The notes under the pieces were generated by a model. That model had not been told where the DNA came from. It made no database searches and saw only the letters and a program-made list of their open reading frames with translations. The position numbers and the translations under genes are program-made. This document shows positions 21,388-33,539 of a stretch of 64,000 nucleotides of DNA, piece after piece; the first letter of the stretch is position 1; the number at the start of each line of letters is the position of its first letter. The stretch is from assembly GCA_963749075.1 (NCBI GenBank), contig CAVVLJ010000004.1:1-64000 (forward strand). Reading direction: 5' to 3'. The stretch is from an uncultured Pseudomonadota bacterium. GTDB lineage: Bacteria > Pseudomonadota > Alphaproteobacteria > JACZXZ01.

Positions 21388-21531
21388 CCATCTCCTCGCG
21401 GTCGGCGCGATGGGCTTTCCGGCCGGGACGCGTCACCGCCATGTCGACGGAGCGCCGTGACGGAATGTCCACGCTCTCTCGTCGCACCCCGTGCGGCCGT
21501 AGGGTGTGGCCAGCCGAAGAGGGGAGGGTTC

Positions 21532-23053
<1,522 letters not shown>

Positions 23054-23166
23054 CTCCGCGGCCGTGCCGGGGCTTCGGGCGGCGTTCCCGGGCCGTGGAA
23101 GCGGGCTGTCAGGGGTTGGGCACCTGCACCACCACGAGAGCCGGGCGGTCGGTGAGATGATGCGGC

Positions 23167-23335
23167 ATGCCCCAGAGTCGAGCTGTGCACCTCATCGCCC
23201 GTCCCGACGGCCTGCCGACCGAGGCGGACTTCGCGCTCGTCGAGAGCGAGGTGGGCGACGCCGGGGAGGGTGAGGTCCTCGTCGAGAACCTCTACATGTC
23301 GGTTGACCCCGCCATGCGCCCACGGCTGACCGTGG
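23167..23335 (+). CDS. NADP-dependent oxidoreductase (CurA/PTGR-like) N-terminal fragment, cut at a junction
   Basis: RPDGLPTEADF...GEVLVENLYMSVDPAMRPR. Confidence 0.8.
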
Positions 23336-23887
23336 GGCGCTCGTGCTGCCCGCCATAAAACAGCGGCTGAAGCCGCGTCCCGCCGCGCAGGTAGAGCGCA
23401 CCCACACCCTGCGGCGCATGAATCTTGTGGCCGGAAATCGTAAGCGCGGTACAGCCAATCCGCTTCACATCAATCGGAACCTTCGCCGCAGCCTGCACCG
23501 CGTCGGTATGAAAATAGACGTCAGCCTCCGCGGCGATCTGTCCAATTTCTTCGACCGGTTGCAGCACTCCGGTTTCGTTGTTCGCCATCATGATCGAGAT
23601 CAACTTGGTGTTGGGACGCACTGCCCCCCGCACATCGTCGGGATTCACCAAACTACGGCCGTCCACGGGTAAATACGTTACATCGCAACCTGCTTCCTCC
23701 AGATGCTTGCAGGTAAGCAGCACGGCATGGTGCTCAATGGTCGAAGTAATAATGTGATCGCCCGCACTGGTGAGCCCCGTAACCGCCAGATTGTCGCTCT
23801 CGGTTCCACCGCTGGTGAAAACAACTTCCGCGGCCCGGCATCCCAGCAACAATGCCACCGAGTCCCGCGCCCGTTCCACCGCAGCAC

Positions 23888-23888
<1 letters not shown>
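23336..23888 (-). CDS. cysteine desulfurase (IscS/NifS) internal fragment
   Basis: [35 protein letters not shown]; both ends missing; visibly lower GC. Confidence 0.9.
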
Positions 23889-24262
<374 letters not shown>

Positions 24263-24305
24263 CGGCTGTCGCGCTGCGCGAGGGTGCCTCGGACTGAGCG
24301 CGGTG

Positions 24306-24473
24306 GGTCCTTCGAGACGCTCGCTCCCGCTCGCTCCTCAGGATGAGATAAAGTCTTTCTGCCACACACAATTTTTCCTCGTCCTGAGGAGCGCCCCGCG
24401 GGGCGTAGGCCCGCTCTCTTGCGTCACGCAAGAGAGGCGCGCTTAGCGCGCCGGGGGCGCGTCTCGAAGGACC
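24306..24473. repeat. nested REP-like inverted repeat (CCTTCGAGACG...CCTCAGGATGAG family)
   Basis: GGTCCTTCGAGACGC...CGCTCCTCAGGATGAG pairs with CTCGTCCTGAGGAGCG...GCGTCTCGAAGGACC. Confidence 0.8.
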
Positions 24474-24512
24474 ACGGTGGCACTGCAAGCCTCCTCGATA
24501 TCTGTGCATCTA

Positions 24513-25935
24513 CTAGCGCGAAAGCGGCAATGACGAACGAGGCGGCGGCACGCGCCCGAGGAGGCCCGCCGGCATGGCGCGGAGCTCGAGCGTGGCCACC
24601 GCCACGGCGAGGGAGGCGAGCCAGATCAAGCGGCTCTGGTAGCGCCCGACCGGCGTCGAGAAGACCCCGCAGATGGCGGCGTTGAGCAAGAGCCCCAGGA
24701 GGACGACGGCCAGGAGCTCGGCCGGCTCGCGCGCGCGGCGCCGCCAGCACCAGGCGAGCAGCACCGCGAGTGCCGCGAGCGAGGCATAGGCGACCGGCGT
24801 ATAGAGGCGATCGAGGGCCTCGGCCAAGGGCTCGATGCGGCCGTCCTCCTGGCCGGCGGCGAGATAGGCGGGCACCAGCTCCGGGGCGTATTTCTCGAGC
24901 ATGTAGCGCGTGTGCCAGAAGGGGCCGGCGATCTCCTCGGCCGCGGCGAAGCGCACGAACTGCTCTGCCGCCGACGAGGCCGCGGCGGCGAGGTGCATGG
25001 CGGGATAGGCCGCGAGCGTCTCGAGCGTGATGTGCCGCGTCTCCTCGCGGTAGCCCTCCCAGCCGCCCAGCGCCGCGAAGGGGCTGTCGTCGTCCCAGAA
25101 TCCACTCGCGTGCGCTCTTGGGCAGGCTCGCGCGGTAGGCGCAGAGGCGGTACTCGGGCGTGGGGCAACGCTCGTCGAGAAAGCGCGCGACGATGCCGCT
25201 CTCGACCAGCCGGCCGAAGAGGAAGGTCTCGCCACCGGGCGTGAAGCCGAGGTAGCGCGAGGCCATGAGGTTGGCGAGCGGCACGGCGAGGAGGGCTAAT
25301 CCCAGCACGCCCGCCGCAAGCGCCAGGCCGCGGCGATCGGCGAGGCCGGGCCGGCGCAAGGAAGCCGCGGCGGCGGTCGCGAGCGCCAAGCCGATGGCCA
25401 GCGCCAGATGGGCCATGTGCACGGCCAATGCGGCGAAGAGCAGTGCCGCCGTGAGCGCCGTCTCCAAGCGGCTCAGCCGCGCGCCGCGAAAGGCGAGGAG
25501 ATACCAGCCCAGCACCACGACCGGGGCGAAGGCGTCCGGCATCACCTCGGCGCTGACCCAGGCGACGCCGGTCAGCGCCGCAAGCGCCAGCGTCACCAGT
25601 GCCGAGAGGAGGGTGCTCCCGAGGCCGTGGCTCTTGAGCGTGAGATGGACGAGGTAGAGCAGCATCGCCGCCTGGGCGGTGATCACGGTGACAGGCTTCC
25701 GGGCGCGCCCAAGAGGGCGATGAGAAGCCGTAGAAGGGGCCGCGGCCGGGCTCGATGTTCCTCGAAGGCGCGCGCGCCAGATAGGCGCCGGTATCGTAGA
25801 AGGTGAGGGGAAAGCCGTTGACGAGGGCAGGGTAAAGGAGGGCGAGGACCTGCCCGCGGCCGAGGCCGCGATGGCGGCGAGGCGCCGCGCCGGCAGCGCC
25901 TTGATGAGTTTGCGATCGGCGGGCCGGGGGCTCAC
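24513..25935 (-). CDS. multi-pass membrane protein of unknown function (frameshifted)
   Basis: PALVNGFPLTFYDTGAY, MPDAF, FLFGRL and NAAICGVFSTPVGRYQSRL in successive frames; start approximate. Confidence 0.7.
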
Positions 25936-26029
25936 ATCTGCGCTTGCAGGTAGTTCTCTAGGCCGAGTGTGGCGATGAGGGCGCAGGGTCCAGCCAGTTC
26001 GACGTGCTCCTCCTAGCGCGCGGCCGATT

Positions 26030-26186
26030 TCCCTCTCCTCCTTCAGGAGGAGAGGGAAGGGGCCCATCGCGGAGCGATGGGAAGGGTGAGGAGGGCGCGC
26101 CGCAGCGCGCTGTCATCGCTGGCGTCCGAGCGTGATCGGCCCGGTCGCCTCCTCACCCTGACCCTCTCCTCCTGGAGGAAGAGGAA
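26030..26186. repeat. CCCTCTCC...GGAGAGGG palindromic repeat pair
   Basis: Two inverted hairpin units; related units at 28592-28617, 29976-30014 and 31625-31656. Confidence 0.75.
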
Positions 26187-26199
26187 ATGGGCCGCGGTG

Positions 26200-26634
26200 C
26201 CTACACCTCGGGCCGGCCAGTTTTTCAGCTTGATCTGGTTGCCTTCGGGGTCGAGGAGATAGAGGAGGGGCCCCTCCTCCGTCGGCGCCGTAGCGGCTGG
26301 CGGCCTCGCCGGCAGCTATGCCGTGGGCCGCGAGGTGGCGGCGGATGGCGGCCTCGTCCCAGGGCTCGACGCGCAGGCAGAAATGCTCGAGGTTGCGCGC
26401 CTCCTTCCCGGGTGCCGCGCCGCCCGCCTTGCCGATCGGCCCTGCCACGTTGGCCAAGTCGATCAGGCTCGCGCCGGCGCGCAGCTGGACGAGGCCGATC
26501 GCCGGCTGGCGCTTCTCGACCGTGCAGCCGAGCACCTCGCAATAGAAGCGCACGCCCGCCTCCACGTCGCGGTAGCGCAGCACGACATGGTCGAGGCGAT
26601 GAAGCGCAAAGGGAAGGGTGGTGCTTATCGGCAC
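26200..26634 (-). CDS. VOC/glyoxalase family protein (indel near 3' end; end approximate)
   Basis: LDHVVLR, FYCEVLGC, NLEHFCLR, YLLDPEGN. Confidence 0.85.
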
Positions 26635-27693
26635 TCAGGCCCTCGCGAAGCGATGGACCCCGTCAGAGCCGCATTCGCGCTCGAGCTCGCCGCGGCTTAC
26701 GAGGAAGTGGAGATGGGCGAGCGCCTCGCCGATGGCGAAGGAGAGCTGGTGGAGATCGAGCTGGCGGCGGAAGAGGACCGGGATGATCTCGGCCCCCGTG
26801 CGCGGCTCGGCACAGGCTTGAAGCGTGCGGGCGAGGCGCTCCTCGTGGTGCTCAACGAGATCGTCGAGGCGGCGGTGGAGGCCGTAGAAGGGGAGGCCGT
26901 GGGAGGGCAGCACCAGCGTCTCCTCCGGGAGCGCACGGAACTGCGCAAACAAATCGAGATAGAGCTTGAGCGGGTTGCCCTCGGGCTGGTCCGGCCAGAC
27001 GCTCACGTTGGTGGTGATCTTGGGCAGCACCTGGTCGCCCGAGATGAGCACGCCCGTCTCGCGGCAATAGAGGCAGGCGTGCTCCGGCGCATGGCCCTCG
27101 CCCACGATGACGCGCCACTTGCCGCCGCCGATCGCGATCTCGTCGCCCGCCCTGATGCGCCGGTAGGTGGGCGGCACCGGCGTCACGTTCTGGGCATAGA
27201 GGTTGCCGCGCCGCGAGAGTGCCTCGAGCTCCGCGGCGGGGAGGCCGTTCCGGCGGTAGTGCCGCGCGCGCTTCTCAACGTCGCCGCCGCCCCAGCCCTG
27301 GCGCACGAGCTGGGCCGTGAGCCACTCGCCTTGCGTCATCCAGAGCTCGACCGCGAAGCGCTCGCAGAGCCAGCCCGCGAGGCCGATGTGGTCGGGATGG
27401 AAGTGGGTCACGATGACGCGGCCGACGGGCCGGCCGCCGAGGCTCGAGGCGAAGACGCGCTCCCAGAGCAGCTTCGTCTCCTCGCCGCGCCCGAAGCCGC
27501 TGTCGACGATGGTCCAGCCGTCGCCATCCTCGAGGAGCCAGAGGTTGATGTGGTCGAGGGCGAAGGGGAGCGGCATCCTGAGCCAGCGCACCCCCGGCGC
27601 CACCTCGCGCGAGGTGCCCGGCTCGGGCGGTTCGGCTTGCGGGAAGGCAAGCGCGTCGCGGGTCGCTCTCAGCAAGGCAGGCGCGCCGTTCAT
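26635..27693 (-). CDS. MBL-fold metallo-hydrolase
   Basis: LPFALDHINLW, THFHPDHIG, GHAPEH, SGDQVLP, LPSHG. Confidence 0.92.
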   Translation of the reverse strand: MNGAPALLRATRDALAFPQAEPPEPGTSREVAPGVRWLRMPLPFALDHINLWLLEDGDGWTIVDSGFGRGEETKLLWERVFASSLGGRPVGRVIVTHFHPDHIGLAGWLCERFAVELWMTQGEWLTAQLVRQGWGGGDVEKRARHYRRNGLPAAELEALSRRGNLYAQNVTPVPPTYRRIRAGDEIAIGGGKWRVIVGEGHAPEHACLYCRETGVLISGDQVLPKITTNVSVWPDQPEGNPLKLYLDLFAQFRALPEETLVLPSHGLPFYGLHRRLDDLVEHHEERLARTLQACAEPRTGAEIIPVLFRRQLDLHQLSFAIGEALAHLHFLVSRGELERECGSDGVHRFARA

Positions 27694-27776
27694 GCGATCT
27701 CCGATTGCGGCCTCGAGCGCAGGACCGGGGCAAAACTATGGCGCAGTGCGGCAAAGGTCAAATGGCCGTGCCGCGC

Positions 27777-28571
27777 TCAGGACTTCTGCGCGCGCTCGGG
27801 ATAGCTCACCGCCATGCCGGCGCGCACGTCCTGCTGGATGCCGTATTGCGCGAAGGGGTAGCGGAAGCCGTTCTTGGCGAGTGCCGCCATGCCGGCGAGC
27901 GCCTTGGCGAGCCCCTCGGGCGGCAGCGCCATGAGCATCTCGTCGTCGAGCACGCCGCCGTAGCGGCGCTCGGCGAAGCAGGGGATGGAGAGGCTCGGCT
28001 CGCGCGTCTTGAGCGCACGTCCCCAGGAATTGGCGCAGGCCGATTCGCCGACCACGCTCCACTCGAAGCGCTTGTAGCCCGACCACTGCAGGCCGTTGAT
28101 GAAATAGATCATCGCACCCGGCGTGGCGTAGAAAAGGGCGATGTCGGGCGGGTCGAGCCGGCCGCTCGCCAGCGGTGCCACGGCGAGCGCCTCGAAAGTG
28201 CCGTCCTCGACGCAGTTCATCGCCGCCTGGTGCGCGCTTGCGTCCTCGAGGGTGCCGTACCACACGCCGGCCATGTGGCGGCCCGAGCGCCAGGCCGCGT
28301 CCTTGGCGAGGCCGAGGCCGACCACGGCGCGGCACTGGGCGCCCACCAGGTCCTCGGCCGTGATGCCGACGGTCCAGCCGAGGCGGGCCGCCTGCGCCAC
28401 GACCTGGTCGAGCGTGTGCACCGACTGCGGCCGGCGGATGCGCGGGATCGCCTCCATCTCCGCGCGCGTCTTGAAGAGCTTCATGCCGAAGGGGATGGCG
28501 CGCAGGCGCAAGCGCTGCTCCAACTCGGCGGCAAGCTTCGCCCAATCCTCTGTCATCGTCATCGTCGTCAT
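27777..28571 (-). CDS. DUF169 family protein
   Basis: PPDIALFYATPGAM, GESACA, SIPCFAER; GAGGG RBS. Confidence 0.8.
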   Translation of the reverse strand: MTTMTMTEDWAKLAAELEQRLRLRAIPFGMKLFKTRAEMEAIPRIRRPQSVHTLDQVVAQAARLGWTVGITAEDLVGAQCRAVVGLGLAKDAAWRSGRHMAGVWYGTLEDASAHQAAMNCVEDGTFEALAVAPLASGRLDPPDIALFYATPGAMIYFINGLQWSGYKRFEWSVVGESACANSWGRALKTREPSLSIPCFAERRYGGVLDDEMLMALPPEGLAKALAGMAALAKNGFRYPFAQYGIQQDVRAGMAVSYPERAQKS

Positions 28572-28591
28572 CGCACCCTCCCCTTCAAGAG

Positions 28592-28617
28592 TCCCTCTCC
28601 CGCAAGCGGGAGAGGGA
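28592..28617. repeat. hairpin of the CCCTCTCC repeat family
   Basis: TCCCTCTCCCGC-AA-GCGGGAGAGGGA just after the purD stop. Confidence 0.65.
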
Positions 28618-28648
28618 TTTATCGCCATTGGCGCCGTCCGCGCCCATA

Positions 28649-29920
28649 TCAGCGCCCGAGCGCGCGCCAGCCGATGTCGCGGCGGCAGAAGCCTTGCGGC
28701 CAGTCGATGAGGTCGACGGCGCGGTAGGCGCGCGCTTGCGCCTCCTTGAGCGTGGGAGCGCGCGCCGTGACGTTGAGCACGCGGCCGCCGGTGGCGAGGA
28801 GCCGGCCGCCGTCGCGCGCGGTGCCGGCGTGGAAGATGGTCACCCCCTCCACCTGGCGTGCGGCCTCGAGGTTGCGGATCTCGCTGCCCTTGGCGTAGTC
28901 GCCGGGATAGCCCTTGGCCGCCATGACGACGGAGAGCGAGGGCTCGGCGTGCCAGCGCAGATCGAAGAAGCGGAGCTCGCCGTCGCGCGCCGCGACGAGG
29001 GCCGGCAGGAGGTCCGACATGAGCCGCACCATGAGCGCCTGGCATTCGGGATCGCCGAAGCGCACGTTGAACTCGACGAGCCTGGGCCCCGCGTCGCCGA
29101 TCATGAGCCCGGCATAGAGCACGCCCTTGAAGGGGCGGCCCTCGGCGGCCATGGCGGCGACCGCGGGCTTCAAGATGCTCTCCTCGATCTCTGCGGCGGC
29201 GGCGGGCGTCACCACGGGGGCGGGAGAATAGGCGCCCATGCCGCCTGTGTTCGGCCCCTTGTCGCCGTCGTGGACCGCCTTGTGGTCCTGCGCCGAGGGA
29301 AGCGCCAGCACGTGGCTGCCGTCGACGAGCGCCAGCACGCTCGCCTCCTCGCCCTCGAGGAACTCCTCGATGACGAGCTCCTGGCCGGCGCGGCCGAAGC
29401 GCCCGCCCACCAGTGCCGCATCGACCGCGGCGTTGGCCTCGGCCAGGCTCGCCGCCACCGTCACCCCCTTCCCCGCGGCGAGGCCGTTGGCCTTGACCAC
29501 GATAGGGGTGTCGTGCGCGCGGATGAAGGCCTTGGCCTTGGCGGGATCGCGGAAGCGGCCGTAGGCAGCGCTCGGGATGCCGTATTTCCGCGCCAGGTCC
29601 TTCATGAAGCCCTTGGAGCCCTCGAGGAGGGCCGCCTTGGCGCTCGGGCCGAAGGCCTTGATGCCGGCCTCCTCCAGGCGGTCGACGAGGCCCAAGACGA
29701 GGGGTGCCTCGGGCCCGACCACGACGAAGTCGATCGCCCGATCCCGCGCGAAGCGCACCAGCTCCGCGATATCCTCGGCGGCGAGCGGCACGCACTCGGC
29801 CTCCTCGGCGATGCCGGCATTCCCCGGCGCGCAGTAGATCTTGTCGGCGAGCGGCGAGGCCGCGATCTTCCAGGCGAGCGCATGCTCGCGCCCGCCCGAG
29901 CCCACGATGAGAATGCGCAT
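28649..29920 (-). CDS. purD: phosphoribosylamine--glycine ligase
   Basis: GSGGREHAL, LEGSK, GLAAGKGV, QDHK, NTGGMGAY, RFGDPE. Confidence 0.98.
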   Translation of the reverse strand: MRILIVGSGGREHALAWKIAASPLADKIYCAPGNAGIAEEAECVPLAAEDIAELVRFARDRAIDFVVVGPEAPLVLGLVDRLEEAGIKAFGPSAKAALLEGSKGFMKDLARKYGIPSAAYGRFRDPAKAKAFIRAHDTPIVVKANGLAAGKGVTVAASLAEANAAVDAALVGGRFGRAGQELVIEEFLEGEEASVLALVDGSHVLALPSAQDHKAVHDGDKGPNTGGMGAYSPAPVVTPAAAAEIEESILKPAVAAMAAEGRPFKGVLYAGLMIGDAGPRLVEFNVRFGDPECQALMVRLMSDLLPALVAARDGELRFFDLRWHAEPSLSVVMAAKGYPGDYAKGSEIRNLEAARQVEGVTIFHAGTARDGGRLLATGGRVLNVTARAPTLKEAQARAYRAVDLIDWPQGFCRRDIGWRALGR

Positions 29921-30117
29921 CCCGAAACTGCTCTCCGCTGCCGCCTAGCGCTCACATTCGCCGAAGCGAGCGTCACCCCCTCCCCCCTTGAGGGGGAGGG
30001 TCAGGGGAGGGGGGTGTGCCGCGCATCGACGATTCCACATGGTAGCCGCAGGCTCTTCCCGCCGTTAACGCGCCATGGCGGCTCGGCCTCTCGTCTTGTA
30101 ACATAAGCGTCCAAGCC

Positions 30118-31608
30118 ATGAGCGAAAACCTCCTCGCCGCAGCCGGCCTGCCGAACTTGCCCGAGTTCTCGGTGAGCGAGATCTCGGGGCTCTTGAAGCG
30201 CACCCTCGAGGAGCGCTTCGACCACGTGCGCGTGCGCGGCGAGATCTCCGGCTTCAAGCGCCACAGCTCGGGGCACCTTTATTTGGCGCTCAAGGACGCC
30301 GATGCGGTGCTCGACGCGGTGTGCTGGCGCGGCACCGCCGGCCGGCTCGGGCTCAAGCCCGAGGACGGCATGGAGGTGATCGCCACCGGCCGTATTACGA
30401 CCTATCCCGGCCGCTCCAAGTACCAGCTCGTCATCGAGGCGATGGAGCTCGCAGGCGAGGGAGCACTCCTCAAGCTCCTCGAGGAGCGGCGCAAGAAGCT
30501 CGCGGCCGAGGGCCTCTTCGATGCCGCGCGCAAGAAGGCGCTGCCCTATCTCCCCAGCGTCATCGGCGTCGTGACCTCGCCCACGGGTGCCGTCATCCGC
30601 GACATCCTCCACCGCCTCGCCGACCGCTTCCCCCGCCGCGTCATCCTCTGGCCCGTCGCGGTGCAGGGCGCCGGTGCCGCCGAGCAGGTGGCCGCCGCCA
30701 TCGCCGGCTTCAACCGCCTGGAGGCGGGCGGGGCGATCCCGCGCCCCGACCTCATCATCGTGGCGCGCGGCGGCGGCAGCCTCGAGGACCTCTGGGCCTT
30801 CAACGAGGAGGTCGTGGTGCGCGCCGCGGCGGCGAGCGCCATCCCGCTCATCTCCGCGGTCGGCCACGAGACGGACACCACGCTCATCGACTTCGCCTCG
30901 GACCGCCGCGCGCCGACGCCAACGGCCGCGGCCGAGATGGCGGTGCCGGTGCGCGCCGAGCTCGTGGCGCAGGTCATGCAACATGGCGAGCGGCTCTACC
31001 GCGGCCTCTCGCGCATGCTCTCGGAGCGGCGCACGCATTTGGAGGGCCTCTCGCGCGGCCTCCCCGATCCTTGGCGCCTCCTCGAAGAGGCGACCCAGCG
31101 GCTCGACGACTGGTCCGAGCGCTTGGCGAACGCGGTCAGGCACCGCGTGGAGCGGCTCGCCGACCGCCTCGCCCGCGTGCCCACGCTCGAGAAGGCCCTC
31201 GTCCAGCTCATAAGCGCCCGCGAGCATTCGCTCGCGGCGAGCGCCGCGCGCTTGCGCAAGGAGCCCTTCCTAGCATCCGTCGCGCGCCATGCCCGCGACG
31301 CGGCCCGCCTCGGCGAGCGTCTGCGGCCGGCCACCCTCCGCCTCGCCGACCGTCTCGCCGAGCGCGCGGAGGGCTTGGGCCGGCGGCTCGAGAACCTCTC
31401 CTACAGGCGCGTGCTCGCGCGCGGCTACGCGCTCGTACGCGGGGCCTCGGGCGAGGCCGTGACCCGCGCCGCGGCGGCGGTACCGGGCAGCGCCGTCGCC
31501 ATCGAGTTCCACGACGGCAGCGTCGCCGCGACGATCGGCGGCGCTCCGGCCGAGCCGCGGCGCATCCGCGGCGCCAAGCCCAAGGCCGACCAGGGCACGC
31601 TGCTGTGA
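30118..31608 (+). CDS. xseA: exodeoxyribonuclease VII large subunit
   Basis: SGHLY, TSPTGAVIRD, RGGGSLEDL, SAVGHETD, APTPTAAAE. Confidence 0.97.
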   Translation: MSENLLAAAGLPNLPEFSVSEISGLLKRTLEERFDHVRVRGEISGFKRHSSGHLYLALKDADAVLDAVCWRGTAGRLGLKPEDGMEVIATGRITTYPGRSKYQLVIEAMELAGEGALLKLLEERRKKLAAEGLFDAARKKALPYLPSVIGVVTSPTGAVIRDILHRLADRFPRRVILWPVAVQGAGAAEQVAAAIAGFNRLEAGGAIPRPDLIIVARGGGSLEDLWAFNEEVVVRAAAASAIPLISAVGHETDTTLIDFASDRRAPTPTAAAEMAVPVRAELVAQVMQHGERLYRGLSRMLSERRTHLEGLSRGLPDPWRLLEEATQRLDDWSERLANAVRHRVERLADRLARVPTLEKALVQLISAREHSLAASAARLRKEPFLASVARHARDAARLGERLRPATLRLADRLAERAEGLGRRLENLSYRRVLARGYALVRGASGEAVTRAAAAVPGSAVAIEFHDGSVAATIGGAPAEPRRIRGAKPKADQGTLL

Positions 31609-31624
31609 AATCGCTTGTCGCGAT

Positions 31625-31656
31625 AAGCCCCTCTCCCGTAAACGGGAGAGGGGCTT
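31625..31656. terminator. hairpin between convergent xseA and lpxL (bidirectional terminator or repeat unit)
   Basis: AAGCCCCTCTCCCGT-AA-ACGGGAGAGGGGCTT, perfect 15-bp stem. Confidence 0.65.
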
Positions 31657-31660
31657 CCCC

Positions 31661-32566
31661 CTAATCCGGCCAGCGCCGGTGCACCCAGAGCCATTGCTCG
31701 GGCCGCTCGCGGATCCAGTCCTCGATGAGGGCATTGACGCGCGTCATGAGGGCGAGCACGTTGGCCTGGCGTTCGCCGCTCGGAGCGACCTCGAGCGGGG
31801 GATAGACGGTGAGGCGGAAGCGGGCACCCTCGAGGCGCTCGACCTTGGCGGGCACCACCGGGCAGGCGAACTTGAGGGCGAGCTGCGCCAAGGCGGGCGC
31901 CGTCATGGCCGCGCGCCCGAAGAAGGGCACGGCGATGCCGTCGTTCATCTTCTGGTCGACGAGCATGCCGAGGTGCCCGCCCTTGCGCATGACGGCGAGC
32001 GCCCGCCGCGCCCCCTCCGCCCCCTTGGGCAGAAGCTCGCCCGCGACCGAGCGGCGCAAGAGGCGCACGATGGTGTCGACGATCGGGTTGTTGGGGGCGC
32101 GGTAGAAGCGCGCGAGCGGCAGGCCGCGCTGGGTGGCGCCGAGCGAGGCGAGCTCCCAGTTGCCGATATGGGCCGAGAAGAAGATGCCGGTCTTGCCGTC
32201 GTCGCGCAGGCGGTCGACGTGCTCGGCGCCGATCACCTCGACGCGCGAGCCGGGCTCATAGAGCCGGAAGCGGCCGAGATGGGGATACTCGCCGATGACG
32301 CGGCCGAGGTTGTCCCACATGGCGAGGTGGATGCGCTGGATCTCGGCCTCCGGCTTCTCGGGGAAGGCGCGGCGGAGGTTGGCGAGCGCCTGGCGGGCCA
32401 CGGGAAGGCGCGGGCCGATCCCGCGGCAGAGCCGGCCGCCGAGCGCCGAGGCGGCATCGAGCGGCACCAGGCGGAAGAGGGCGAGGCCGAGGGTGAGTGC
32501 CAATGCCTCGAGCCCGCGCATGAGGTCGAGGAGGAGGCGGGCGAGCGGCGTGCCGTGCTCAGCCAT
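31661..32566 (-). CDS. lpxL: lipid A biosynthesis acyltransferase (LpxL/HtrB family)
   Basis: AHIGNWE, LVDQK, PFFG, PEQWLWVHRRW. Confidence 0.9.
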   Translation of the reverse strand: MAEHGTPLARLLLDLMRGLEALALTLGLALFRLVPLDAASALGGRLCRGIGPRLPVARQALANLRRAFPEKPEAEIQRIHLAMWDNLGRVIGEYPHLGRFRLYEPGSRVEVIGAEHVDRLRDDGKTGIFFSAHIGNWELASLGATQRGLPLARFYRAPNNPIVDTIVRLLRRSVAGELLPKGAEGARRALAVMRKGGHLGMLVDQKMNDGIAVPFFGRAAMTAPALAQLALKFACPVVPAKVERLEGARFRLTVYPPLEVAPSGERQANVLALMTRVNALIEDWIRERPEQWLWVHRRWPD

Positions 32567-33539
32567 GGCCGCTTGCGAGCGGGCGCAGCAGGCGATCGAG
32601 TGCCGCGGGCTCGCGCCAGGCGAGGCGCACGCTCACCGTCTTGACCATGGCCCGCGCCTCCTCTGGGAAGCGCACCAGGTCCTTCTCCGTCGTCACCGGC
32701 TCGGCGCCGAGCGAGGCCGCCTCCTCCACGAGGCGCATGATCTCGTCGGGGCTATAGGCGTGGTGGTCGGCGAAGCCGTAGCGCCGCATGACGCGGCAGC
32801 CAAGCTCCTCGAGGGTGGCGAAGAACTTCTGCGGCCGGCCGATGCCGGCAAAGGCGAGCACGCGTTTGCCGCTGAGCGCGCGGGCGGCCGCGTCGGGCAC
32901 GAGCTCTGCCTCGAGGAGCGGCAGGCGGCCCGCGAGGAGGGCGGCGAGGCGGCGCTCGTCGGGGCCGACGACGACCGCCGCCTGGACGCGCGCGAGCGCG
33001 TGCGGAAGCGTCTCGCGCAAGGGCCCCGCCGGGATCACCCGGCCGTTGCCGAAGCCGTAGCCGCCGTCGACGACGAGGAGCGAGAGATCCTTGGCAAGCC
33101 AAGGATTCTGCAGGCCGTCGTCCATGATCACGGGATCGGCGCCCGCCGCGGCCGCGCGCGCGGCACCCGCCGCCCGGTCGCGCGACACCCAGGTGGGTGC
33201 CGTAGCGGCGAGGAGGAGCGCCTCGTCGCCCACCTCGCGGAAGCTATGCGAGGCCGGATCGACGCGGAGCGGCCCCTTGAGGCGCCCGAGGTAGCCGCGC
33301 AAAAGGAAGTGCGGCGTGCGGCCGGCGGCCTGGAACCAGGCGGCGAGCGAGAGCGCCACCGGCGTCTTGCCGGCGCCGCCCGCGGTCAAGTTGCCGACGC
33401 AGACGACCGGGCGCGCGAGCTTGAGCGGGCGGGCGAGCGAGGCGCGCAGCCGGCCCGCGCGATCGTAGAGCCCGCCCAAGGGTGCCAGGAGCGCGGCAAG
33501 CGGGCTCTCCCGCCGGTGCCAGAACTCAGGCGCGCGCAC
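32559..33539 (-). CDS. lpxK: tetraacyldisaccharide 4'-kinase
   Basis: VGNLTAGGAGKTP, GDEA, MDDGLQ, PAGPLRE, TTEKD. Confidence 0.97.
   Translation of the reverse strand: MRAPEFWHRRESPLAALLAPLGGLYDRAGRLRASLARPLKLARPVVCVGNLTAGGAGKTPVALSLAAWFQAAGRTPHFLLRGYLGRLKGPLRVDPASHSFREVGDEALLLAATAPTWVSRDRAAGAARAAAAGADPVIMDDGLQNPWLAKDLSLLVVDGGYGFGNGRVIPAGPLRETLPHALARVQAAVVVGPDERRLAALLAGRLPLLEAELVPDAAARALSGKRVLAFAGIGRPQKFFATLEELGCRVMRRYGFADHHAYSPDEIMRLVEEAASLGAEPVTTEKDLVRFPEEARAMVKTVSVRLAWREPAALDRLLRPLASGHG

Noticed and set aside
27777-29795. 672-aa ORF
   Set aside because: Off-frame overlap with purD; the real gene starts at 28571.
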